Shown here piece after piece: positions 9,663 through 19,619 of a DNA stretch of 64,000 nt. Made by a program: the position numbers and the translations under genes. The stretch lies in assembly GCF_003334765.1 (NCBI RefSeq), contig NZ_QOWT01000005.1. One strand, given 5' to 3'. This DNA is from Escherichia coli. GTDB taxonomy: Bacteria > Pseudomonadota > Gammaproteobacteria > Enterobacterales > Enterobacteriaceae. The notes under the pieces are model-generated. The model worked only from the letters and a program-made list of their open reading frames with translations. It had not been told where the DNA came from and searched no databases. Positions within the stretch are counted from its first letter, which is position 1. Every line of letters begins with the position of its first letter.

Positions 9663-11522
9663 ATGAGCAAAGGAACGACCAGCCAGGATGCCCCGTTCGG
9701 GACATTATTGGGCTACGCCCCAGGTGGGGTAGCAATCTACTCTTCAGATTACAGTTCTCTCGATCCGCAGGAATACGAAGATGACGCCGTATTCCGTAGC
9801 TATATCGACGATGAATATATGGGCCACAAATGGCAATGCGTTGAATTTGCTCGCCGTTTTCTCTTTCTGAATTACGGTGTGGTCTTCACTGACGTGGGTA
9901 TGGCGTGGGAGATTTTCTCGCTGCGCTTCCTGCGTGAAGTGGTTAATGACAACATCCTGCCATTGCAGGCATTTCCTAATGGCTCGCCGCGTGCACCGGT
10001 CGCGGGCGCGCTTCTTATCTGGGATAAAGGCGGTGAATTTAAAGACACTGGCCATGTCGCCATCATTACTCAATTGCATGGCAACAAAGTCCGTATTGCG
10101 GAACAGAACGTGATTCATTCCCCGTTGCCGCAAGGGCAACAGTGGACACGCGAGCTGGAGATGGTGGTCGAAAACGGCTGCTATACCCTTAAAGACACGT
10201 TTGATGACACCACCATTCTGGGCTGGATGATCCAGACGGAAGATACCGACTACAGCTTACCGCAGCCGGAAATTGCAGGCGAGCTGCTGAAAATCAGCGG
10301 AGCGCGTCTGGAAAACAAAGGTCAGTTTGACGGTAAATGGCTGGATGAAAAAGATCCGCTACAAAATGCCTACGTGCAGGCCAACGGTCAGGTGATCAAT
10401 CAGGATCCGTATCATTACTACACCATTACCGAGAGCGCAGAGCAGGAGCTGATTAAAGCCACCAACGAGCTGCACCTGATGTATCTTCACGCCACCGACA
10501 AGGTGCTAAAAGATGACAACCTGCTGGCGCTGTTCGACATTCCGAAAATCCTCTGGCCACGTTTGCGTCTCTCCTGGCAGCGTCGCCGTCACCATATGAT
10601 CACCGGTCGTATGGATTTCTGCATGGACGAACGTGGCCTGAAGGTCTACGAATACAACGCCGATTCCGCCTCCTGTCATACCGAAGCGGGCTTGATCCTC
10701 GAACGTTGGGCGGAGCAGGGCTATAAAGGCAACGGCTTCAATCCTGCGGAAGGGCTGATTAACGAACTGGCTGGTGCCTGGAAACACAGTCGTGCACGTC
10801 CGTTTGTCCATATCATGCAGGACAAAGATATCGAGGAAAACTATCACGCGCAGTTTATGGAGCAGGCGCTGCACCAGGCGGGCTTTGAAACGCGTATCTT
10901 GCGTGGGTTGGATGAACTGGGCTGGGATGCTGCCGGGCAACTGATTGATGGGGAAGGGCGACTGGTTAACTGCGTGTGGAAAACCTGGGCGTGGGAAACC
11001 GCGTTTGATCAGATTCGTGAAGTCAGCGACCGTGAGTTTGCTGCGGTGCCGATCCGTACCGGTCATCCGCAAAATGAAGTGCGTCTTATCGACGTATTGC
11101 TGCGCCCGGAAGTGCTGGTCTTTGAACCTCTGTGGACTGTGATCCCCGGCAACAAAGCGATTCTGCCGATCCTCTGGTCGCTGTTCCCGCACCATCGTTA
11201 CCTGCTGGATACCGATTTCACTGTTAATGATGAACTGGTAAAAACAGGTTACGCAGTGAAACCGATCGCCGGTCGCTGTGGCAGTAACATCGACCTCGTC
11301 AGCCATCATGAAGAGGTGCTGGACAAAACCAGCGGTAAATTTGCCGAGCAGAAAAACATCTATCAGCAACTGTGGTGTTTGCCGAAAGTGGACGGTAAAT
11401 ACATTCAGGTATGTACCTTCACCGTTGGCGGCAACTACGGTGGGACGTGTTTGCGCGGTGATGAATCACTGGTCATCAAAAAAGAGAGTGATATTGAACC
11501 GTTAATTGTGGTGAAAAAGTAA
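9663..11522 (+). CDS. gss: Bifunctional glutathionylspermidine synthetase/amidase
   Basis: 619 aa; N-terminal CHAP amidase domain and C-terminal ATP-grasp synthetase domain; synteny. Confidence 0.95.
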   Translation: MSKGTTSQDAPFGTLLGYAPGGVAIYSSDYSSLDPQEYEDDAVFRSYIDDEYMGHKWQCVEFARRFLFLNYGVVFTDVGMAWEIFSLRFLREVVNDNILPLQAFPNGSPRAPVAGALLIWDKGGEFKDTGHVAIITQLHGNKVRIAEQNVIHSPLPQGQQWTRELEMVVENGCYTLKDTFDDTTILGWMIQTEDTDYSLPQPEIAGELLKISGARLENKGQFDGKWLDEKDPLQNAYVQANGQVINQDPYHYYTITESAEQELIKATNELHLMYLHATDKVLKDDNLLALFDIPKILWPRLRLSWQRRRHHMITGRMDFCMDERGLKVYEYNADSASCHTEAGLILERWAEQGYKGNGFNPAEGLINELAGAWKHSRARPFVHIMQDKDIEENYHAQFMEQALHQAGFETRILRGLDELGWDAAGQLIDGEGRLVNCVWKTWAWETAFDQIREVSDREFAAVPIRTGHPQNEVRLIDVLLRPEVLVFEPLWTVIPGNKAILPILWSLFPHHRYLLDTDFTVNDELVKTGYAVKPIAGRCGSNIDLVSHHEEVLDKTSGKFAEQKNIYQQLWCLPKVDGKYIQVCTFTVGGNYGGTCLRGDESLVIKKESDIEPLIVVKK

Positions 11523-11613
11523 TACATGTTGTAGCAACCCCGTACTGATTATGAAGAATAATCAGCACGGGGATTAATCAAAACATTCAACATTTATATA
11601 TTCCAATATTTAT

Positions 11614-11633
11614 TTAATATATGAATATATTAA
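11614..11633. promoter_or_regulatory. Perfect 9-bp inverted repeat TTAATATAT-GA-ATATATTAA in the gss-pitB intergenic region; candidate operator
   Basis: Seen directly; a near-identical copy occurs at 24976-24995. Confidence 0.3.
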
Positions 11634-11809
11634 CCAGTGGAATACCTGTGTTTTGATTATTTCTAAAGATTTTGAATGAATGCTTATTGTCTGATACACA
11701 AGAAATAACACGCTTTTTATCGTTAAAAAATGATATTTCACTTTGCCCATGCCGTTAAAGTCACTGATAATGCGTCCGTTCGTAAATTCAAAATGGCGTA
11801 ATCTAATAT

Positions 11810-13309
11810 ATGCTAAATTTATTTGTTGGCCTTGATATATACACAGGGCTTTTGTTATTACTTGCTCTGGCATTTGTGTTGTTCTACGAAGCAATCAATG
11901 GTTTTCATGACACGGCGAATGCGGTGGCAACCGTTATTTATACTCGTGCCATGCAACCACAACTTGCTGTGGTGATGGCGGCATTTTTTAATTTTTTTGG
12001 CGTGTTATTGGGCGGACTTAGCGTTGCCTATGCCATTGTCCATATGTTGCCAACCGATTTGTTGCTGAATATGGGGTCAACCCACGGTCTGGCGATGGTC
12101 TTTTCCATGCTGCTGGCGGCGATTATCTGGAACCTGGGAACGTGGTTCTTTGGTTTACCGGCCTCCAGTTCGCACACCTTGATTGGTGCGATTATCGGCA
12201 TCGGTTTAACCAACGCGCTGTTAACCGGCTCATCGGTGATGGATGCGTTAAACCTGCGTGAAGTGACCAAAATTTTCTCCTCGCTGATTGTTTCCCCTAT
12301 CGTCGGCCTGGTCATTGCGGGTGGTCTGATTTTCCTGCTGCGCCGTTTCTGGAGCGGGACGAAAAAGCGTGACCGTATTCACCGCATTCCGGAAGATCGC
12401 AAAAAGAAAAAAGGCAAACGTAAGCCGCCATTCTGGACGCGTATTGCGCTGATTGTTTCCGCTGCGGGCGTGGCGTTTTCGCACGGCGCTAACGACGGGC
12501 AGAAAGGGATCGGCCTGGTGATGCTGGTACTGGTGGGGATTGCCCCTGCTGGCTTCGTCGTCAATATGAACGCGTCCGGCTATGAAATTACCCGTACCCG
12601 CGATGCCGTCACCAACTTCGAACACTACCTGCAACAGCATCCTGAACTGCCGCAGAAGTTGATTACGATGGAACCTCCATTGCCTGCGACATCGACTGAT
12701 GGCACGCAAGTAACAGAGTTTCACTGTCATCCGGCAAATACCTTTGATGCGATTGCGCGCGTTAAAACGATGCTGCCAGGCAATATGGAAAGTTACGAGC
12801 CGTTAAGCGTGAGTCAGCGCAGCCAGCTGCGCCGCATTATGCTGTGCATCTCTGATACCTCCGCGAAGCTGGCGAAACTGCCAGGCGTCAGTAAAGAAGA
12901 CCAGAACCTGCTGAAAAAACTGCGCAGCGATATGTTAAGCACCATTGAGTACGCACCGGTGTGGATCATCATGGCGGTAGCACTGGCGCTCGGCATCGGC
13001 ACCATGATTGGCTGGTGTCGTGTAGCGATGACCATCGGTGAGAAGATTGGTAAGCGCGGCATGACGTATGCGCAAGGCATGGCGGCACAAATGACGGCGG
13101 CAGTGTCTATCGGCCTTGCCAGTTATATTGGGATGCCCGTCTCCACAACACACGTCCTCTCGTCTGCAGTAGCAGGGACGATGGTGGTGGACGGCGGTGG
13201 GTTACAGCGTAAAACGGTAACCAGCATCCTGATGGCGTGGGTGTTTACTTTACCGGCGGCGATTTTTCTTTCTGGTGGGTTGTACTGGATAGCATTGCAG
13301 TTGATTTAA
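11810..13309 (+). CDS. pitB: Low-affinity inorganic phosphate transporter (PiT family)
   Basis: 499 aa polytopic membrane protein with duplicated GANDGQK-type PiT signature ([20 protein letters not shown]). Confidence 0.9.
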   Translation: MLNLFVGLDIYTGLLLLLALAFVLFYEAINGFHDTANAVATVIYTRAMQPQLAVVMAAFFNFFGVLLGGLSVAYAIVHMLPTDLLLNMGSTHGLAMVFSMLLAAIIWNLGTWFFGLPASSSHTLIGAIIGIGLTNALLTGSSVMDALNLREVTKIFSSLIVSPIVGLVIAGGLIFLLRRFWSGTKKRDRIHRIPEDRKKKKGKRKPPFWTRIALIVSAAGVAFSHGANDGQKGIGLVMLVLVGIAPAGFVVNMNASGYEITRTRDAVTNFEHYLQQHPELPQKLITMEPPLPATSTDGTQVTEFHCHPANTFDAIARVKTMLPGNMESYEPLSVSQRSQLRRIMLCISDTSAKLAKLPGVSKEDQNLLKKLRSDMLSTIEYAPVWIIMAVALALGIGTMIGWCRVAMTIGEKIGKRGMTYAQGMAAQMTAAVSIGLASYIGMPVSTTHVLSSAVAGTMVVDGGGLQRKTVTSILMAWVFTLPAAIFLSGGLYWIALQLI

Positions 13310-13357
13310 CCTTCCTGAAAATGCCCGGTCCTGGCGATCGGGCATTTCCATTTTTGA

Positions 13358-14050
13358 CTAGTGATAACCACGCGCGGTCATAAAATCCGTAATCGCTTTT
13401 TCTGCATCAATCAGCACCTTTTCCAGTGGCTGATTAGCATCGATATCAACCAGTTGTGCACCACCAAAGGTTAACTGTGGCGTTATGGCTATCTTTCTTG
13501 CCAGCGATTCCCTTTTGTGGTCAGGCTTACGCGCGCAGGCCACGTCTAGATCGACATTGAGTTTGATGACCAGATCAGGTTTATGGCTCGCCATCCAGTG
13601 AAACGCTTTACGTTCCTGGCTTGCCAGCCATGAGACAAAACGACCACCTTCAATGTTAGGTGGGAACACTGTACCATCGTAAGCGCCAGGAATTTGGTCC
13701 TGAGGATAACGGTCGGTTAGAACAATTAACCCGCGACGACGACAGGCAAGCATATGACGAAAGCGCAGTAAGCGACGGGCGACAAACGCTGTAATTACCA
13801 GCGCCGGAACAGGGCCAGGCAATTTTTTTGCTGTTTTCACCTGATTTCGTTCAATTGTTTTATGTAAGGATTTTCCCATGAACGGTAATTTTGTCACTGC
13901 ACGACCGACATTTCCGGCCTGTTTTCCTAAATGAACTCTTTCGGCAGCACCATATTTTTCGACAACGGTAATGAGATGTTCACACACCGTTGACTTGCCT
14001 GAACCATCGCTACCAATAACGGCAATTAATGGAGGTGTTATTGACTGCAT
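13358..14050 (-). CDS. yghT: P-loop NTPase of unknown function (YghT/YghS/YghR paralogue family)
   Basis: 230 aa; Walker [11 protein letters not shown]; shared motifs DRYPQ and ARKPDH with the two downstream paralogues. Confidence 0.8.
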   Translation of the reverse strand: MQSITPPLIAVIGSDGSGKSTVCEHLITVVEKYGAAERVHLGKQAGNVGRAVTKLPFMGKSLHKTIERNQVKTAKKLPGPVPALVITAFVARRLLRFRHMLACRRRGLIVLTDRYPQDQIPGAYDGTVFPPNIEGGRFVSWLASQERKAFHWMASHKPDLVIKLNVDLDVACARKPDHKRESLARKIAITPQLTFGGAQLVDIDANQPLEKVLIDAEKAITDFMTARGYH

Positions 14051-14223
14051 GAATATATCCTTTAATTTAAATATCCATTAAAAATATTTATTTGGTTAAT
14101 ATGTTTTTATGAAAGCGTAATTCAGGTCAATGTCACAATTAACCATTGTCACAATAAGGTTGAACGGATATTCTGAGCACGGACCACGTAATATTCAATA
14201 CATTATTTGCTGCCGGGTTTTTC

Positions 14224-14937
14224 GTGAATCAACGTAATATGTCAATAATTAATTCCACGCCAGTGCGTGTTATTGCCATTGTAGGATGTGATGGTTCAGG
14301 TAAATCGACCCTCACGGCAAGCCTGGTAAATGAACTGGCAGCAACAATGCCAACAGAACACATTTATCTCGGGCAATCGTCCGGGCGAATTGGCGAATGG
14401 ATTTCACAGCTCCCTGTTATTGGCGCACCTTTTGGGCGTTATCTGCGAAGTAAAGCGGCACATGTGCACGAAAAGCCCTCCACACCGCCTGGCAATATGA
14501 CTGCGCTGGTTATCTATCTGCTTTCCTGCTGGCGGGCGTACAAGTTTCACAAAATGTTGTGTAAAAACCAGCAAGGCTATCTGCTCATCACCGACCGCTA
14601 CCCGCAGGTTGAAGTGCCGGGTTTCCGCTTTGATGGCCCGCAATTGGCAAAAACCACGGGCGGTAACGGTTGGATAAAAATGTTAAGGCAGCGCGAGCTG
14701 AAGCTGTACCAATGGATGGCGTCTTATTTGCCCGTATTGTTGATTCGTCTTGGCATTGATGAACAAACCGCGTTTGCGCGTAAACCTGACCACCAACTGG
14801 CAGCGTTACAGGAAAAAATCGCCGTTACGCCGCAACTGACATTCAATGGCGCAAAGATCCTTGAACTGGATGGTCGGCAACCAGCCGATGAAATTCTGCA
14901 AGCGTCACTACGCGCAATTCACGCTGCGCTTTCCTGA
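14224..14937 (+). CDS. yghS: P-loop NTPase of unknown function (paralogue 2)
   Basis: 237 aa; Walker A VGCDGSGKST; DRYPQ and ARKPDH motifs. Confidence 0.8.
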   Translation: MNQRNMSIINSTPVRVIAIVGCDGSGKSTLTASLVNELAATMPTEHIYLGQSSGRIGEWISQLPVIGAPFGRYLRSKAAHVHEKPSTPPGNMTALVIYLLSCWRAYKFHKMLCKNQQGYLLITDRYPQVEVPGFRFDGPQLAKTTGGNGWIKMLRQRELKLYQWMASYLPVLLIRLGIDEQTAFARKPDHQLAALQEKIAVTPQLTFNGAKILELDGRQPADEILQASLRAIHAALS

Positions 14938-14968
14938 TCACCAAAATGGATAGGGGATGATTTAACGA

Positions 14969-15727
14969 ATGGACGCACTACAAACACAAACTGTTAATAG
15001 TACAACCGCGCCGCAGCCCAACTACATTCCGGGGCTGATTGCGGTGGTCGGGTGTGATGGCACCGGTAAATCCACACTGACCAATGACCTGGTGAAATCG
15101 CTGCAACAACACTGGCAAACCGAGCGGCGCTATCTGGGGCTGCTCTCCGGCGAAGACGGCGACAAAATCAAACGATTGCCGTTGGTTGGTGTCTGGCTCG
15201 AACGGCGACTGGCGGCCAAATCCTCGAAAACCCAAAGCATGAAAACCAAATCTCCGGCGCTATGGGCGGCGGTGATTATGTACTGCTTCTCGCTGCGAAG
15301 AATGGCGAATCTACGCAAGGTTCAGCGACTGGCGCAAAGTGGCGTTCTGGTGGTCAGCGATCGCTTCCCGCAGGCTGAAATTTCGGGCTTTTATTATGAC
15401 GGACCGGGGATCGGCGTCGAACGTGCGACCGGGAAAATCAGCATGTTTCTGGCGCAGCGCGAACGGCGTTTATACCAAAAAATGGCGCAATACCGTCCTG
15501 AATTAATTATTCGTTTGGGGATTGATATTGATACTGCCATCTCCCGCAAGCCTGACCATGACTATGCCGAGCTGCAGGACAAAATCGGCGTCATGTCGAC
15601 GATTGGCTATAACGGCACAAAAATTCTTGAGATTGATTCCAGAGCGCCCTACAGCGAAGTGCTGGAACAGGCACAGAAGGCGGTTTCTCTGGTTGCCATC
15701 GTTTCTGACCGCCGAAGTTTAACTTAA
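14969..15727 (+). CDS. yghR: P-loop NTPase of unknown function (paralogue 3)
   Basis: 252 aa; Walker A VGCDGTGKST; DRFPQ and SRKPDH motifs. Confidence 0.8.
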   Translation: MDALQTQTVNSTTAPQPNYIPGLIAVVGCDGTGKSTLTNDLVKSLQQHWQTERRYLGLLSGEDGDKIKRLPLVGVWLERRLAAKSSKTQSMKTKSPALWAAVIMYCFSLRRMANLRKVQRLAQSGVLVVSDRFPQAEISGFYYDGPGIGVERATGKISMFLAQRERRLYQKMAQYRPELIIRLGIDIDTAISRKPDHDYAELQDKIGVMSTIGYNGTKILEIDSRAPYSEVLEQAQKAVSLVAIVSDRRSLT

Positions 15728-15772
15728 GGCTGGCGGGATACTTTTTACTATCAACGATAAGGTCAGGCTGAA

Positions 15773-17122
15773 TTGGCGGGTTTTAACATCAAACATTGGT
15801 TTGCAGATGGCGCGTTTCGCACCATTATTCGCAATAGCGCCTGGTTAGGCTCCAGTAATGTCGTGAGCGCTTTACTGGGTCTGTTGGCGCTCTCGTGTGC
15901 CGGTAAAGGGATGACGCCCGCCATGTTTGGCGTACTGGTGATTGTACAATCGTACGCCAAGTCGATCAGCGATTTTATTAAGTTTCAGGCATGGCAGCTG
16001 GTGGTTCAGTACGGAACACCAGCATTAACCAACAATAATCCGCAGCAATTCCGCAATGTCGTCTCATTTTCCTTCTCGCTGGATATCGTCAGCGGCGCGG
16101 TGGCGATTGTCGGCGGCATTGCCTTACTCCCTTTTCTTTCCCATTCATTAGGTCTGGATGACCAAAGCTTTTGGCTGGCAGCGCTGTATTGCACGCTCAT
16201 TCCTTCAATGGCTTCCTCCACGCCGACCGGCATTCTGCGTGCGGTAGATCGCTTCGATCTAATTGCTGTACAGCAAGCGACGAAACCTTTTCTGCGCGCA
16301 GCGGGGAGCGTCGTAGCCTGGTATTTTGACTTTGGTTTTGCGGGTTTTGTTATTGCCTGGTACGTGTCGAATCTGGTTGGCGGCACCATGTACTGGTGGT
16401 TTGCCGCGCGCGAATTACGCCGCAGAAATATCCATAACGCCTTCAAATTGAATCTGTTTGAGTCTGCCCGACACATTAAAGGCGCGTGGAGTTTTGTCTG
16501 GTCAACCAACATTGCCCACTCCATCTGGTCGGCGCGTAACTCGTGCAGCACAGTGCTGGTGGGGATCGTGTTAGGACCCGCTGCCGCCGGGTTATTTAAA
16601 ATCGCCATGACATTCTTCGACGCCGCCGGAACGCCAGCGGGTTTACTGGGCAAAAGTTTTTACCCAGAGGTGATGCGTTTAGATCCGCGCACCACCAGAC
16701 CGTGGTTGTTAGGCGTGAAGTCAGGTTTACTGGCGGGCGGAATCGGTATTCTGGTGGCGCTCGCGGTGTTGATCGTCGGCAAGCCGCTTATTTCGCTGGT
16801 GTTTGGCGTTAAGTATCTCGAAGCGTATGACCTGATTCAGGTGATGCTGGGCGCAATTGTGATTTCGATGCTGGGCTTCCCACAGGAGTCATTGCTATTG
16901 ATGGCGGGAAAACAGCGCGCTTTTCTCGTGGCGCAAACCATCGCCTCAATCGGCTACATCGTATTGCTGTTCATGTTCTGTCATCTGTTTGGCGTGCTGG
17001 GAGCAGCGTTTGCTTATTTCGGTGGGCAATGTCTGGATGTGGTGCTCTCGTTAATTCCGACCTTAAAGGCATTTTTTCAGCGCCATTCCTTGCTTTATAA
17101 CGCAGCCGGAGAGAAATCCTGA
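15773..17122 (+). CDS. yghQ: Polytopic membrane protein, MOP/Wzx-like flippase superfamily
   Basis: 449-codon ORF with many hydrophobic helices; apparent TTG start at 15773 (next in-frame ATG would remove the first predicted TM helix); start uncertain. Confidence 0.7.
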   Translation: MAGFNIKHWFADGAFRTIIRNSAWLGSSNVVSALLGLLALSCAGKGMTPAMFGVLVIVQSYAKSISDFIKFQAWQLVVQYGTPALTNNNPQQFRNVVSFSFSLDIVSGAVAIVGGIALLPFLSHSLGLDDQSFWLAALYCTLIPSMASSTPTGILRAVDRFDLIAVQQATKPFLRAAGSVVAWYFDFGFAGFVIAWYVSNLVGGTMYWWFAARELRRRNIHNAFKLNLFESARHIKGAWSFVWSTNIAHSIWSARNSCSTVLVGIVLGPAAAGLFKIAMTFFDAAGTPAGLLGKSFYPEVMRLDPRTTRPWLLGVKSGLLAGGIGILVALAVLIVGKPLISLVFGVKYLEAYDLIQVMLGAIVISMLGFPQESLLLMAGKQRAFLVAQTIASIGYIVLLFMFCHLFGVLGAAFAYFGGQCLDVVLSLIPTLKAFFQRHSLLYNAAGEKS

Positions 17123-17946
17123 TGATGAGAAAATATTTCCCGCTTGAGGCGAGCGAGCGTCTATTTGTTGCAGTTGAAGAAGATGATGTCGTTGATGCAC
17201 AGGTCAGTTTGCCGCCGACTATCGCACTAAGTTGTACCACCGAAATCATCCATGATAATTACGCGTTATGCCTGCAATTCTGGCTCAATGGCGTCAATCG
17301 CCAGGAGTTACTGCGTTTAATATGCAAACAGGCCAAAGGCGATGAGTTGACTGCTGATGAGCGCAAACAATTTAAATACATGCGAGCGCGCTACAAGCAC
17401 CTGCGTTTTGCGCAACGGCTGTATTTAAAGAAGCATCAGGCCGGATTTTTATTCGGCAAAACGACCGTTTTTTTGGGGCGTTTTCAGGACGGTTTTCGTA
17501 ACGGTAAGAAAAATATTGTGTCGTATTACGGCAACTTGTTACGGGTTTATTTAAGCTCTCCGGTCTGGTCGTTGGTGAACTATTCATTACGCCATAGCCA
17601 GTTAGAAAGCGTAAGCGGTTTTATTGCCTATCGGCAAAAGCAAATGCATACCCTGAAAGAGATAATTGCCAAACCGCGACTAACCGGCAGGGAATTTCAT
17701 GATGTGCGAAAAATCATCAGCCAGCAGGTTTCTTATTACGACACCTTAAGATCGCTTGATCCTGAAAATAAAGAGGCGTTACAGATTTCCCGCTTCCTCG
17801 CCGCCATTAATGGCCTGATGGGGGATAAACACGACGACATGGTGGCGGATGATATGGAAAACCGCCAGTCGTATGATGCACCGGTGGCGCTGGATAGCGA
17901 TATTCGCCAGCGCTTAGAGCTGCTGATTTCGCGTTTTCCGCTATAA
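17122..17946 (+). CDS. Hypothetical cytoplasmic protein, no recognisable motifs
   Basis: 274-aa ORF; ATG overlaps yghQ stop (TGATGATG); same strand and tight spacing as flanking genes. Confidence 0.55.
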   Translation: MMRKYFPLEASERLFVAVEEDDVVDAQVSLPPTIALSCTTEIIHDNYALCLQFWLNGVNRQELLRLICKQAKGDELTADERKQFKYMRARYKHLRFAQRLYLKKHQAGFLFGKTTVFLGRFQDGFRNGKKNIVSYYGNLLRVYLSSPVWSLVNYSLRHSQLESVSGFIAYRQKQMHTLKEIIAKPRLTGREFHDVRKIISQQVSYYDTLRSLDPENKEALQISRFLAAINGLMGDKHDDMVADDMENRQSYDAPVALDSDIRQRLELLISRFPL

Positions 17947-17954
17947 CCGGAGCA

Positions 17955-18518
17955 ATGATGTCATCTCGTTTGATTATTGCGCTGATTATCATGCTCTTAG
18001 CCCAGGGTGTGCAGGCACACAATTTCGTCACTGGCAAAACGGTTACCCCCGTTTATATCCAGGAAGGCGGCGAGCTGCTTCTGAATAGCGACGACGAAAT
18101 TCACTACCAAAAGTGGAACAGCACACAGCTGGCGGGAAAAGTCCGCATTATCCAGTATATCGCCGGGCGTAAGTCGGCGAAGAAAAAGAACTCACTGTTA
18201 ATTAAAGCGGTTGAAGCGGCAAACTTTCCGCAGGATCGTTTTCAGCCCACCACCATTGTGAACACCGATGATGCCATCTTTGGTACTGGCTATTTTGTCG
18301 TTGGCAAAATCGAAAAAAATAAACGCCGCTATCCGTGGGCGCAATTCGTTATTGACGGCAATGGACTGGGACGCGTTGCCTGGCGGTTGCCGGAGCAGAG
18401 TTCAACCATTCTGGTGCTGAATAAAGACGGGCAAATTCAGTGGGCAAAGGACGGCAGCCTGACGCCGGAAGAGGTAGATCATGTCATTGCGCTGGCGCAG
18501 AAACTGATCAATGAATAA
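17955..18518 (+). CDS. YtfJ-family periplasmic protein (signal peptide)
   Basis: 187 aa; N-terminal signal peptide (LIIALIIMLLAQGVQA/HN); sequence pattern strongly reminiscent of E. coli YtfJ as I recall it (not verified). Confidence 0.6.
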   Translation: MMSSRLIIALIIMLLAQGVQAHNFVTGKTVTPVYIQEGGELLLNSDDEIHYQKWNSTQLAGKVRIIQYIAGRKSAKKKNSLLIKAVEAANFPQDRFQPTTIVNTDDAIFGTGYFVVGKIEKNKRRYPWAQFVIDGNGLGRVAWRLPEQSSTILVLNKDGQIQWAKDGSLTPEEVDHVIALAQKLINE

Positions 18519-18548
18519 AAAATTCAAAGGATTGAGGGTGTTAGTGAG

Positions 18549-19619
18549 ATGAAGCTGGTTGAACACTACATCATGCGTGGTACGCGCCGTCTGGTGCTGA
18601 TTATCGTCGGTTTTCTGATCTTTATTTTCGCCAGCTACTCCGCACAGCGTTATCTGACCGAAGCGGCAAATGGGACCTTAGCTCTTGATGTTGTGCTGGA
18701 TATCGTTTTCTACAAAGTGCTGATTGCACTGGAGATGTTGTTACCTGTTGGTCTGTATGTGTCAGTTGGCGTGACGCTAGGGCAGATGTATACCGACTCG
18801 GAAATTACCGCTATCTCTGCGGCGGGGGGCAGTCCGGGACGCTTGTACAAAGCCGTTCTTTATCTGGCGATACCGCTAAGTATTTTTGTCACCCTTCTGT
18901 CGATGTATGGTCGGCCGTGGGCTTATGCGCAGATTTATCAACTGGAGCAACAGTCGCAGTCGGAGCTGGATGTTCGCCAGTTGCGGGCAAAGAAATTTAA
19001 CACTAACGATAACGGACGAATGATCCTTTCGCAGACGGTTGATCAGGATAATAATCGCCTGACTGACGCGCTGATTTATACTTCTACTGCCAATCGAACC
19101 CGCATTTTCCGCGCCCGTTCGGTTGATGTGGTTGACCCATCACCTGAGAAACCGACCGTTATGTTGCATAACGGGACCGCCTATCTTCTCGATCATCAGG
19201 GGCGTGACGACAACGAACAGATCTACCGTAATCTGCAATTACATCTGAATCCGCTGGATCAAAGCCCTAACGTCAAACGCAAAGCAAAATCGGTCACGGA
19301 GCTGGCGCGCTCCGCCTTTCCTGCCGATCATGCCGAACTGCAATGGCGACAAAGCCGTGGCCTGACAGCATTGTTGATGGCGCTGCTGGCCATTTCATTA
19401 AGTCGGGTAAAACCGCGGCAAGGGCGATTTTCAACGTTATTGCCACTGACGTTGCTGTTTGTTGCCATTTTTTATGGCGGCGACGTCTGCCGTACGCTGG
19501 TGGCTAACGGTGCGATTCCCCTCATTCCTGGTTTGTGGTTAGTACCCGGACTCATGCTAATGGGCCTGCTGATGCTGGTCGCACGCGACTTCTCTTTGCT
19601 GCAGAAATTTTCCCGATGA
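18549..19619 (+). CDS. LptF-like permease (YjgP/YjgQ family), paralogue not part of the canonical lptFG locus
   Basis: 356 aa; N-terminal TM helices, a periplasmic domain, then C-terminal TM helices, the typical LptF/LptG layout. Confidence 0.7.
   Translation: MKLVEHYIMRGTRRLVLIIVGFLIFIFASYSAQRYLTEAANGTLALDVVLDIVFYKVLIALEMLLPVGLYVSVGVTLGQMYTDSEITAISAAGGSPGRLYKAVLYLAIPLSIFVTLLSMYGRPWAYAQIYQLEQQSQSELDVRQLRAKKFNTNDNGRMILSQTVDQDNNRLTDALIYTSTANRTRIFRARSVDVVDPSPEKPTVMLHNGTAYLLDHQGRDDNEQIYRNLQLHLNPLDQSPNVKRKAKSVTELARSAFPADHAELQWRQSRGLTALLMALLAISLSRVKPRQGRFSTLLPLTLLFVAIFYGGDVCRTLVANGAIPLIPGLWLVPGLMLMGLLMLVARDFSLLQKFSR

Noticed and set aside
14045-14058. Third partial copy of the ATGAATATAT motif
   Set aside because: Only an 8-9-nt match, overlapping the yghT start codon on the opposite strand; lacks the inverted-repeat partner half-site.
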